NCBI GenBank assembly: GCA_002269645.1
Contig: NIVC01002656.1
Span: forward strand, 121,846 to 185,845
DNA: 64,000 nt
Reading direction: 5' to 3'
Origin: Macrostomum lignano
Lineage: Eukaryota
Shown here: piece by piece, positions 31,064 to 43,100 of the stretch
How positions within the stretch are numbered: the stretch's first letter is position 1
Layout of the letters: each line of letters starts with the position of its first letter
Program-made: the position numbers and the translations under genes
Notes under the pieces: generated by a model
Databases searched by the model: none
What the model saw: the letters and a program-made list of their open reading frames with translations, nothing else
What the model was told of the DNA's origin: nothing

Positions 31064-33848
31064 ATGGCGGAGACCACCATCGGCGAGGTGAGCAGTCGAA
31101 GTCTGCTGTCATCAGCTGCTCAGCAGGCCATCGAGCGGCGATACGAGGATTGCGAGGTGAGGACCACCTTTGTAGACTTTTATAGATATCTAGTAGGTAG
31201 AGGGTCGATTCCTAGTAGATTGGGTAGATTAGCAACACGGATTGAGTGTAGATTTTCAGCAAATTGTCGATAGATTTCTGGTAGATTGTCGATAAATCTC
31301 TCGTAGATTGTCTATAGATTTCTGGTAGTTTATCGATAGATTTCTAGTAGATTGTCGATAGACTTCTAATAGATTGTCAATAGATTTCTGGTAGATTGTC
31401 GATAGATTTCTGATAGATTGCCGATAGATTTCTGATAGATTGTCGATAGATTTTTGATAGATTGTCAATAGATGTCTGATAGATTGTCGATAGATTTATT
31501 TGTAGATTGTTGATAGATTTCTGGTAGATTGTCGATAGATTTCTGATAGATTGTCGATAGATTTCAGGTAGATTGTTGATAGATTTTTTATGGATTTTCG
31601 ATAGATTTCTGATGGATTGCCGATAGATTTCTGATGGATTGTCGATAGATTTCAGGTAGATTGTCGATAGATTTCAGGAAGATTGTCGATCGATTTCAGG
31701 TAGATTGTCGATATATCTCTGGTAGATTAAAGATAGATTTCTGTTAAATTACCGATAGATTTCTGTTAGATTATCGATAGATTTCTGGCAGATTATCGAT
31801 AGATTTTTGTTAGATTATCGATAGATTTCTGGTAGATTATCGATAGATTTCTGGTAGATTATCGATAGATTTCTGGTAGATTACCGATAGATTTCTGGTA
31901 GATTACCGATAGATTTCTGGTAGATTACCGATAGATTTATGGTAGATTACCGATAGATTTCTGTTAGATTATCGGTAGATTTCTGATGGATTATCGATAG
32001 ACCTTCATCATCCGACAATAATGCTGGAACTACAAAACGGAAGAATGAATTTGGGGTGGGCAGGAAAAGTGAGATGGTGAGAATATCGGGGCGGGAGAAG
32101 TTGGGGTGGCGCTCCCGACTCTGCTTTCCCCACTTGTTTGCTCACGCCCCCCTCCCCAAGCCGCCAGCCACCCCCAGTTTAATTGGAGTTCATTCAGGCC
32201 TCGCACTGAATATTTAACGGGATTTACAATGCAGACTCAAGCAGACTAAAAATTCACCCAAAAAGAAATCGACAAGACAGCCGTTGCTAACACAGATCCT
32301 CACCTGTGCCGCACCGACTTCCCGCTTCCCCAGGCAAACAGCGGACCCGTGGATCTCATCAAGCGGACGGGACAGGTCGGCACAGCGCCGGCCGAGGCCC
32401 GGGGACGCTCGCCGCAGCAGCCGTCCAAGACTTTGGCGTCGGCAGCAACGCCGAACGGAACCGGACAGCATCAGCCGCCTGGTGGCATGCGAGGCAGGAA
32501 GCGCGGCGCTCATCCCGCAGCCGCCTCGGCGTCTCACTACCATCAGCACCATCACCAGCTCTTTGTCCAGCCTGCTGCCAAGCATCCATCTTTGTCCGCG
32601 ACAACGTCCTCAGTTCCCGTGTCGGCAGTCTCCTCGGTGGCAGCTGCGGCGGTCGCGGCGGCGGCTGCGGCGGCTGCGGCGGCGGCAGCATCGGCCAATT
32701 CGTCGACGTCCTCGATGGCTACCATATCTTCGTCTTCGTCATCCTCGACGTCAACTTCTGCCGCGGCAGCGGTGGCGGCAGCGGCCGCGGCGGCCGCCAG
32801 CGGCTGCTTTAGCTGCCAGTCGTGCCGGATGACGTTCGCCAATCGCGACGCCCTGGCGATGCACATGATGGACAGCGTGCGCAACAACGGCGCCTGCGCC
32901 ACGGACAGCAGCGGCGGCAGCGGCGGCAGCGGCGGCGGCAGCGGCGGCGGCAGCGGCGGCGGCAGCGGCGGCGGCAGCGGCGTCGGTCTTGGCAGCCATG
33001 ACCACGTCGCCGGAAGCCGCAGTCAGGCGCCTCATTCGAAGCCGGCTTCCGCTGGCATCCCGGTGTGCCGCCTGTGCGGAGAACGAATGCCCAGCGAGGA
33101 GTCGCTGGCGGTGCACATGCTGGCGCACGCGGCCGCCTGCCAGCAGCAGCAGCTTCCTCCGCCACCGCCGCAGGCACCGACGCAAGCAGCGCAGCCGCAG
33201 CACCAGCAGCTTCCGGAGGGCCTCCAGCTGCCGCCGCTCCTCCGGCCAGGGCTGGCTGCCTACACCGACTACCTTCAGAGCCTCGTGCACCTGGCCTCTC
33301 CGCTCATGCACTCACAAACAAGCCTGCCGTCTCAGCCGCCACCGCCGCCGCCTCCACTGCCGCCGCAGCCTCCGACAGCCTCGCTAGCCTCGCCCCCGTT
33401 GGCAGAGGACAAGGCCGGAGTGCTGGCGCAGTCACCCAAGACCTCCTCGCCGTCGGCGCCGAAATGTAGAAGCGCACCTGCCGGCGCGGCTGTCAGTTCC
33501 GCATCGTCGGCGGCGGCGACCACCATCGGCTCCTTGATGCCTGCATCGCCGCAGCTGCTACACACGGCCCAGTCGCATACGCAACACCAGCAGCAGCAGC
33601 AGCAGCAGCCGAAGTCGCCGCAGTCAACCAGCGACGGTGGCTGCAGGTCGGGTACTCCTGGAACCGGAGCCGTCAGCACTGGCGGATTCCCCCACGTGTG
33701 CCCTCACTGCCTGATTGGCTTTGTTGACCAGGTCATGTACTGCCTGCACATGGGCCTGCACAACCTCAACGAGCCATTTCAGTGTAACATGTGCGGCAGA
33801 GTGCTGGCCAATCGGCAGCAGTTCGCCTCGCACACGTTGCACTATTGA
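31064..33848 (+). CDS. Ikaros/Hunchback-family-like C2H2 zinc-finger protein (exons ~31064-31156, 32334-33848)
   Basis: The C-terminal finger pair CPHCLIGFVDQVMYCLHMGLHNLNEPFQCNMCGRVLANRQQFASH matches the Ikaros/Hunchback dimerisation fingers. Two further isolated fingers (CQSC..H, CRLC..HMLAH) and poly-Ala/Gly/Pro/Gln tracts are present. The first exon is inferred from GAG|gtgagg and ccccag|GCA, both phase 0. Confidence 0.8.
31262..32000. repeat. 22-bp (2x11) minisatellite TAGATTTCTGGTAGATTGTCGA filling the zinc-finger gene intron
   Basis: Direct reading. Confidence 0.93.
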
Positions 33849-33959
33849 CTGACTGACTCACAGCATCGATTTTCTTTTGCGCACACAGACACCCTTGCTG
33901 GCTTCTTTGCTTAGATTGTGCAACTGTAAACCTAGTCATCATTTCACCCGGATCCTCCT

Positions 33960-34350
33960 TCCGTCACCCACCCCTCTATCCAATCACCTACCTCCCTCCG
34001 TGCCCAGACCCCTCTCCAATCACCCACCTCCCTCCGTGCCCAGACCCCTCTCCAATCACCCACCTCCCTCCGTGCCCCAGACCCCTCTCCAATCACCCAC
34101 CTCCCTCCGTGCCCTAGACCCCTCTCCAATCACCCCAGACCCCCATCAAGTCACCCATCCTCCGCTGTGCCCCAAACCACTTTCAAGTCACCCACCCCCA
34201 CTGTGCCCCAGATCACTATTCAGTCACCCACCTCCCTCTATGCCCTAGTCCCCTATTCAGTCACCCACCTCCCTCTATGTCCCAGTCCCTATCCAGTCAC
34301 CCACCTCCCTCTATGCCCCAGTCCCCTATCCAGTCAACTACCTCCCCCGG
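33960..34350. repeat. C-rich degenerate tandem repeat 3' of the zinc-finger stop
   Basis: Recurring CCCCTCTCCAATCACCCACCTCCCTC motif. Confidence 0.8.
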
Positions 34351-35937
34351 TCATTAGTATCCAATTGCTCTTGATTTCATAAATGAATCAAACCTGTCAA
34401 CATTTATAGCTATCTGATACCACGCACAATTTAACAAATTTATTGACCAATCACATTTGTCCATAGTTAGAGCTATGCTTGTGCTTCTTGCTGAACCCTG
34501 ACCGCCCCTGTCCGATCGTCTCAGTGTCTGTAATAGCTTATATTTCGAATTTTTTTAACTTACGTCAAACAGACTCAGTTGGACCTCAGTAGTAGCCCCC
34601 ACTATAAAATCTGTTTCTAGCTATGCGGTATAAATTATGCATACACCCTTTTTCATATCGGTAGGCATGGTCGCGCTCGGATCGCTGGCTGCACTTTTCT
34701 AGAGGCCGTCTGCTGCTCTCGTGCATCTAAATTGTGCATGCATCGCGACTGAAATCTAGCCGGATATGATCTTCAATTCATGCAACTTTCAATAATTCAT
34801 GCTCGTAATATTCTACTCATAATAAATTCGGCGAAAAATACTCGCCATGGTCTGTCCGGGGCCCTAGCCGACGAGTTTTCGAGTTTCGAAACTTTCTTAC
34901 GCTGCCCCATCTAGCCGGAGGTTTTGATTGGTCAGAGCATTGGCCGGATGTGCCGAGCCAGTTTACCACGAATCAGATACAAGTGCTGTTGCTTGGCCTG
35001 TTGCTTGGTCGAGTTTTGAAAATTCATTCGAAATGAGCTTTCGAAATGAGACTGGAGAGAGGCTGGGGAGCCTGATGATGAGGTGGATGGGGCAGAAGAG
35101 GAGGAATAGAGAGAGGGAGGGGGAGATGACGGGGCTGCAGAGCTGTAAATAATAGATGAGGCTATTTGCATTTCTGTCGTGCACTGCTGCCCCCCCCCCC
35201 TGGTGGTCCTCCTGCGCGCTCCCGGGAAATTGTGACTCAGGAAATGCCGAGAAAGGGAAGCGCAGGAGCAAGGCAGCACCAGCTTCTCTGCCTGCCTCCG
35301 CCGCCTTGCATTTAAAAAAACTTTTTTCTCTCTGGCCTCAAACCGCTTGCATCTAAGAGCGTTTTTGCTATAAATTTTTGACTAGATCCCGAGCCCAAAC
35401 ACGGCGGCCATAACTTCCCCACCCCCTTTTCCAGGAAAGCCTGGAGTCAGCCATGCCCGCCCAGCCCTGTCGCATGCAAATTGCCCCCGCTGCTTCAAGT
35501 CAATCAGCCGCTGGGAGGCTCTCCCTGACAGTCAAGAGTTCTGCTGCGCCTCCTTCACCTGTTGCTTTGTTGCCTGGAGGGGACGCTTGGGAGATTTAAT
35601 GGGAGGGATTCTGCGTGAGCGTCGTCATCATTATACGTCCTCTCCAATGCCAAGTGTGCACAATGCGTATTCCATAATTAACGAGCTCCGTTCTCCTCCC
35701 CTCTCAACTCCCGACAGCTTCCCAATAACGAGGCTGTCCCGTCAGCTATAGAGGAGTTAGCCATGTTGAACCGCGAGTTAAGCAGCAAAACAGGTGCAAA
35801 AAGAGGTGTTACAACTGGAAAGATCTTCATCTAATAGCAGCATATCTGATCTTGGCTAGTCCAATTAATGAGGCTTAGGTTCCGGCGAACGCAAAATTTT
35901 TACCAATTCTTAATGCTAATCGCAATGTTTTTGTCGT

Positions 35938-37070
35938 GGAATCTGAGATCTTACAATGACCCATGGTTTTCTTGGAATCTGAGATTTTACAATGACCCAT
36001 GGTTTTCTTGGAATCTGAGATCTTACAATGACCAATGGTTTTCTTGGAATCTGAGATCTTACAATGACCCATGGTTTTCTTGGAATCTGAGATTTTACAA
36101 TGACCCATGGTTTTCTTAGAATCAGAGATCTTACAATGACCAATGGTTTTCTTGGAATCTGAGATCTTACAATGACCAATGGTTTTCTTGGAATCTGAGA
36201 TTTTACAATGACCCATGGTTTTCTTGGAATCTGAGATCTTACAATGACCAATGGTTTTCTTGGAATCTGAGATCTTACAATGACCCATGGTTTTCTTGGA
36301 ATCTGAGATTTTACAATGACCCATGGTTTTCTTAGAATCAGAGATCTTACAATGACCAATGGTTTTCTTGGAATCTGAGATCTTACAATGACCAATGGTT
36401 TTCTTAGAATCGGAGATCTTACAATGACCCATGGTTTCTTGGAATTGGACACGTACCCATGGTTTTCTTGGAATCTGAGATTTTACAATGACCCATGGTT
36501 TTCTTGGAATCTGAGATTTTACAATGACCCATGGTTTTCTTAGAATCGGAGATCTTACAATGACCCATGGTTTCTTGGAATTGGACACGTACCCATGGTT
36601 TTCTTGGAATCTGAGATTTTACAATGACCCATGGTTTTCTTGGAATCTGAGATTTTACAATGACCCATGGTTTTCTTAGAATCGGAGATCTTACAATGAC
36701 CAATGGTTTTCTTGGAATCTGAGATCTTACAATGACCAATGGTTTTCTTAGAATCGGAGATCTTACAATGACCCATGGTTTCTTGGAATTGGACACGTAC
36801 CCATGGTTTTCTTGGAATCTGAGATTTTACAATGACCCATGGTTTTCTTGGAATCTGAGATTTTACAATGACCCATGGTTTTCTTGGAATCTGAGATTTT
36901 ACAATGACCCATGGTTTTCTTAGAATCGGAGATCTTACAATGACCAATGGTTTTCTTGGAATCTGAGATCTTACAATGACCAATGGTTTTCTTAGAATCG
37001 GAGATCTTACAATGACCCATGGTTTCTTGGAATTGGACACGTACCCATGGTTTTCTTGGAATCGGAGACC
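35938..37070. repeat. 36-bp minisatellite (GGAATCTGAGATCTTACAATGACCCATGGTTTTCTT) with a recurrent shorter variant
   Basis: 12-aa periodic ORFs. The variant GGAATTGGACACGTACCCATGG occurs at ~36441, 36577, 36786 and 37030. Confidence 0.96.
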
Positions 37071-37345
37071 TTAGAATGGCTCCTGAATTTAATATTGGAG
37101 ATCATACATGTACTATAACATACATGTACGAGGGCTATCCCAAAAGTAAGTTTCGCTATTCTATAAAATTTATGAATAGCAACTTGAACAGGAGGCACTC
37201 GTACATGGTTTTATTGGAATCCAAAGCCTCCATGGCTTTAATCGAAATCGTAATCTGCGTGGTGCTCGTGTTTCCTAGAATCGGGACTCACTTTCAAACA
37301 GACGTTGCTGAGTTGATTTCTTAGAATATGCGAGCGTATTGATAC

Positions 37346-38042
37346 CAAGGACGACTTAAGTAGAAGGACGGGAAACCTCGTTTCTTAGAAAATTTTTGAA
37401 GGCACTTTTTCCCGAAAAAATACACTACGGAGATAGGAAATTTTCATTTTTTAGCACAAAAATTGCTATTACTTTTGATAGGAGGCAGATCCAGTGCTCA
37501 TTTTTTGATATGTTGTGCCTTTTTTATTTCTCTATCGATATTTATAAAGCTTTTCGTTCAGAAAATTAGGATTCTATGTAAATTTTTATTCTACGTACAT
37601 TTCCTGTATTTAAAAATCACAAAAATGCATGACACAGCTCCAATATTTGCTTTTATGAATCTATTTTATCATCTCTGTTACGAATATTTGCTAAACAGTC
37701 AGTTAAGAATGATAAAATAGACTTCTAAAACCAAAGAGCCGAGCCGTGGCATTCTAATGTATTTTAATCACAAGACACGTGAAAATATACGGAGAATAAA
37801 AAATTGACATAGAATCCTAATTTTCTGAACGAAAAGCTTTATAAATATCGATAGAGCAATAAAAAAGGCAAAACATATCAAAAGATGAGCACTGGATCTG
37901 CCTCCTATCAAAAGTAATAGCAATTTTTGTGCTGAAAAAAAAGAAAATTTCCTATCTCCGTAGTGTATTTTTTCGGGAGAAAGTGCCTTCAAAAATTTTC
38001 TAAGAAACGAGGTTTCCCGTCCTTCTACTTAAGTCGTCCTTG
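37346..38042. mobile_element. MITE-like non-autonomous DNA transposon with ~250-bp terminal inverted repeats and an 8-bp TSD (ATTGATAC)
   Basis: It starts CAAGGACGACTTAAGTAGAAGGACGGGAAACC and ends GGTTTCCCGTCCTTCTACTTAAGTCGTCCTTG. ATTGATAC flanks both sides (37338-37345, 38043-38050). Confidence 0.9.
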
Positions 38043-40100
38043 ATTGATACTTGAAGTATACTGGATTATAACTTTATTGATTCAATTGACGGTCAAAAAT
38101 TTCACCAAGGACCAACAGTATAAATATCACTCAAACTCAATATGGTGAAACAAAGGGATAGGGATCCTACTGTCATATACATGTATCATGCTTTGAAATT
38201 CACATTTTAAGGAGTAATAATGCGTAATGAAAATTTGGTAGTGGCAAGGATGGATAAATTATCTAAATTACAGTATTTAGCTAAAATGTGGTGTGTACTG
38301 CATACTGGCTCGTATACATGTTATGCAACACAGAACCAGCTTTAGGTGGTGGGACATGCCTAGCTGTAGCTGGGATACATACGTGCGTGGTCCTTTGCGT
38401 CCTTTATTTGATTGAAATTAAAAACAGCCTGCTTGCATGACAGACAGCATGATATTGACATACTCGTATGGACTAAAGTATAAATGGAAATGGCACAGTT
38501 TTGCATGATGGCCAAGCATGCTTCCCCATGTTCGACAGGAAGTTAAAATTATCATTTATCAACCTATCTGCTCCAATTTGGTAAAATTGTCTCGCTTAGC
38601 CGAGTAACTTTTGATCAATCAACGTAATTAATCACACGTGAGCTAGTTGTTTAAATGATTTATAAGGGAATGCTTTCGCATACATGTACATATATGCATT
38701 TACATACACGAGTCTATTTAGACCGGAATGTGCTAAAGTCCAATCGTTGCCTAAATTCAATTTATATAAAAATTATCAAGTTATGCAGTTCAAATAGTAT
38801 TTATCAAGATTCAATCACGATGGTAGAAACATTTGGTTCAAGTATTGAAGGACGATAGCTGCTAAGAAGTTCGTTGCGTAAAGAAAAATTGGGGGAGAGA
38901 GTACTAGATTTTAGCTCGTAGTTCAAGGACGTAGTTCAGGCTCGTAGTTGTATACAAGTAAGCTTTAAAACAGCTTTTCTTTGTTTTTTTGCTTGAAGAA
39001 GTATTAATCTAATGTTAAAGATACTTTTCAATTCCAAAATTTTAAAACACAAAGTCGCTTTTTATTTTATATTTTACGGATTTTTTTTCAATCCTTGAAT
39101 TAACAAACAAGCAATGATCTCTGTTTATAATATCGTAATAATACTTTTAAAACTTGTAAAACTTGTAAAATAAACTTTAAAAAACTGTTTTTGTCTACTA
39201 AGATCTTACTATGAAAGAGATAACTACGAGTTTAATTTAGAGTCGCGAACAATTCAACATGTTATCAGTCGCCCCTTTTCGCTAAAGCTAGTCCCAATTT
39301 AGTCTTACCACCTTGTTACAAAACTTAAAATAGTGAAATGAAGCAGTAAAGCACTGAACCGCAAGTAACACAATCATGGATTATGAGAGCCATCCTAATA
39401 GACCGCCATCCGAGCAGGTAAATTTGTAATTTAAAAAGGTTACCAGCCTGCGCTTCTTAATTATTTTTTGCATCTTTCACGATGTAGTGTACTGTAGTGT
39501 AGACTGTAGTCTGTAGTTAACTATTTAGTATGCTTGAATTCTCATTGTTTTTACAAACATTAGTTGGAATATACGTGCGAGTATACGTATATGTACATGT
39601 ACTACGGAAGATAAATCATCATGCAGATTTTTGTATGCTTGACTGTAGGTCGTAAACTCGTAATTAAAATTTTTTGTATTTCTTGCACTTTTTTCAGTAC
39701 ACAAAACTATTTTAGTAGAAATTTTTATATGGGTACCCTGTTTATGGCCTCGGTTGGAGAACATAAGCTTTTAAAATCTGTTTTATTTTATTATTGTAAA
39801 AGTTACTTTTATTTTTATTTTATAATTAACAATGAATGGATGAATTGGTATTCCCACTTTTGACTTTAATTTATTAAACATTTAATGCAAGTTTTAACTT
39901 TTCTGGTGATATAGTTGTTTGAGAGATTGTATTACCTTCATATTTAAATTATTTATAGTTGGAAAACAGCAATTTTTCAAGGTGACACTTTCACTGATAA
40001 TATAATTTCAAGGATATTTTAGAAAACAAAAAAACAAAAATTGCTTTTTTACTTCTAATTGGCTAATTCAAATGATTTGCTAAAATCCCAACCTAACCAG

Positions 40101-43100
40101 ATGGTCGACTTGCATGTCTACGTTGTCCCGCCAGCACTGTGGCAGGAGCGGCTGCACAGCGCGTTCAACCAGATCATCGGCGAGACCGTGTCTGCCGGAT
40201 TCATTCGGTAAGGCTGACTGATGGGGCAAAACAGCTCTAAGCACCTCGTTCGATTCCGCCACATTCATTTGGGGTTTGTGCTTGAAAATTGGCCGGGGGT
40301 TGTCGTGCAATTCACAGCCATGAGGGCCAATCCTCGAAGCACAGAGAGTGTACATTCTTGATGATTAGAAAGTCAGGGGCCCTGTACACCCTGTGTGAGC
40401 GAGTGTATGAGTGCGTGCCTGCGTACAGTATTGGCGCGCTTGCACTTGTACGTGCTCAGGAGCCAGCGGAATGGTCAGACTAAGAATTGCCTCAGTGCTT
40501 GTTGTGAATGACGTCACACATCGCGTTGCGCCAGGTTGGCCGCAGCCCTCCTGCGAATATGGATGGTTTGACAATTTTTATGCGGTTGATTGACTGGCTT
40601 CCTTCATCCAGTGAACTGAAGCCGGAATTTCTATTGGAGGCGAAGCTAATGGGGTCGGGATGGTGCAACTGCGCTAGAACGGAGGCAACTACTGTTGGAA
40701 ATGTCCGTATGAACCAATAGTGATCTGAGTAGACTCACCACTTGAAGGTCGGGGGTTCGATTCTCGACCACCCAGTAACAATTTGTGTCTTTGAGCAAGA
40801 CACTTAACTCTCTGCATTGCTTCAGTTCACCCAGTTGTAAAATGGGTGCCAGCATTAGCTGGGGTAATTGTCATTGACGGTGTGTGTGGCGATCCCCCCA
40901 CCCCCAGTCCTTGGACTGAACAGCCGTACGCAGCATTCAGATGCGCCGCGCAATAGCTGCGGCTAAGCTGTCGGTTGCACATCTGGCCCAAATTAGGCAG
41001 GTGTGATAAAAAAGGATTAGCCAGTACTCTGGGCACACAATGATTTCAGCGTCTTCCCCGAGTCCCTGCTGCAGCAGGTCCGCAGCGACATCGAGCGCCA
41101 GCTTGGCTACGAGATTGTTCCCAGAAACTTTGTCTTCTGCAAAAGCGTCGGTCGCTGCTTGACTCAAGTTAGTGCTTGTTGTGTTGGTTTTTTATAACTT
41201 CAGCAAAACATAATCGAGCAATTTAAGCTATTGGCGTTGTCGTACCGGAAATTTCAGGTTCGCAGCCGACAGGAAAAGGAGCTAAAAGTGAAGCACTTTC
41301 TGCCGCCTCACGTAAGCCGTCTGCCAGATCTGTGTAGCTAGAGAGTAGTTTGGCATAACTCTAGTAATTGTATCAAGCAGAGTTTTCTGAAGACTTATTG
41401 AGCAGTGTAGCTATTAACATGTTCTGACCTCTTGCACCATTAAATCTGGGTAGAAGGCTATGGGTTGTAGCCTAGTGGAGGGGTTGTAGCCTAGTGGAGG
41501 GGTTGTAGCCTAGTGGAGGGGTTGTAGCCTAGTGGAGGGGTTGTAGCCTAGTGGAGGGGTTGTAGCCTAGTGGAGGGGTTGTAGCCTAGTGGAGGGGTTG
41601 TAGCCTAGTGGAGGGGTTGTAGCCTAGTGGAGGGGTTGTAGCCTAGTGGAGGGGTTGTAGCCTAGTGGTTAGAGCGTCGGACTCACGACTTGATGGTCGG
41701 GGGTTCGATTCCCGATCCCACTAGAACAATTTTTGTCATTAAGCAAGACACTTAACTCTGCATTGCTTCAGTTCACCCAGCTGTAAAATGGGTGCAAGAA
41801 TAAGCTGGGGTAATTGAGGATGTGTGTGGCGACCCCCCAGTCCTTGGACTGAACAGCCGTACGCAGCCTTCAGATGCGCCGCGCAATAGCTGCGGCTGAG
41901 CTGTCGGTTGCACATCTGGCCATTAGGGCAGGTGTAATCAATTATTATTATTAATATTATTACTAGCGTAAAACACTATTTTCCCGAATCGGAGTAGACT
42001 GCAAATACGAAAATTGAATCGTGCACAACAGGCCTACTGCCCCGAGATATTCGTGCTGGACTATGACATCGCTCGCCGATCTCAATCGAGCTCCGATGGC
42101 TCCATTGCTTCGAATCGCAGCTACCCGAATCACCGAGCCCTGCAGCAGCCGCAACGGTCGTCGAGGCAGCAGCAGCAGCAGCCACCTTTGCAGCAGCAAA
42201 ACTTCGATTCGCCTCGTCAAAGTGAGTCATCCTAGAGAAACTGGTTCTCCGGTTTGCCTAAAAAACTGTATTTAGCTCGCTTTGCTGCTCAGTTGTCAAG
42301 GCTGATCAGGCATGGGGTGCGGCACTCTTTATGGCCAAGTTAATGTTAGCAATCTTCAGTCAGAACAGTGTGGCACTCTTCTAAGTGGTCGACCTCACAA
42401 TTAGCCGTCCTGACGATGAACGTTAGACTGCAATGCCTTTTTGGTCTCTCTAATTTTCAGCACAAAGAATGAGGCATCACCAACGACTGAGCGAGACGAG
42501 TGAGGCAGAAATGCGCCATTTTAAATTTTTTTAAGAAATAATTTTTAGCCGAGCTTATCGATTTTATGCTATGATGGCTTACTAATAATTTCCGTTTTCA
42601 ATCACGCACAGTAGTAACGAATACCACATACAAGCTACCTTACTTTTGATTTTTAAAAAATCGATACTAAATTACAGGAGAAACTGTAGCAGTCTCTATG
42701 GAGACTAAATTTGCATAAATTGCTTATGCATTTTACCGCCGTTTTTTCATTTTTGGTTGTTCCGAATTTTTAACACAAAACTGGTTTTAGATTTAGCTCC
42801 TGACCATTTTTTAGATCCCGAATTAATGAAACAGCCTCAGTGATTCTGTATTTCGGCTCCGTTTTATCCCGCTCTTTGTTTCTAGCCGTATATCACGGCA
42901 GGACGCCAAAGGTGGCGCACAAGGGCATCACTGGAGTGTACATCGGCCCCTACCCGATGCAGAGCTACCCGGGCCTCGGCTCGCGGCCCGGCACTGCCGA
43001 CAGTAAGCCAGAGATTATTTGCGGCCGATGGCAATGTACACTATTGGGCAGAGGGGAGACTTGGGTGTGCACATTGGAGTAGAGGGGTAAAGCGAAAGCT

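Noticed and set aside
32214-33842. Multiple overlapping ORFs on both strands in the zinc-finger exon
   Set aside because: They are shadow frames of GC-rich, low-complexity coding DNA.
41650-41725. tRNA gene
   Set aside because: It has A and B boxes but no convincing acceptor stem or T-run terminator, and it continues into a SINE body.
29370-42430. Hammerhead ribozyme cores (CTGATGA/CTGACGA at ~29373, ~35072, ~42410)
   Set aside because: There is no downstream GAAA with closing stems.
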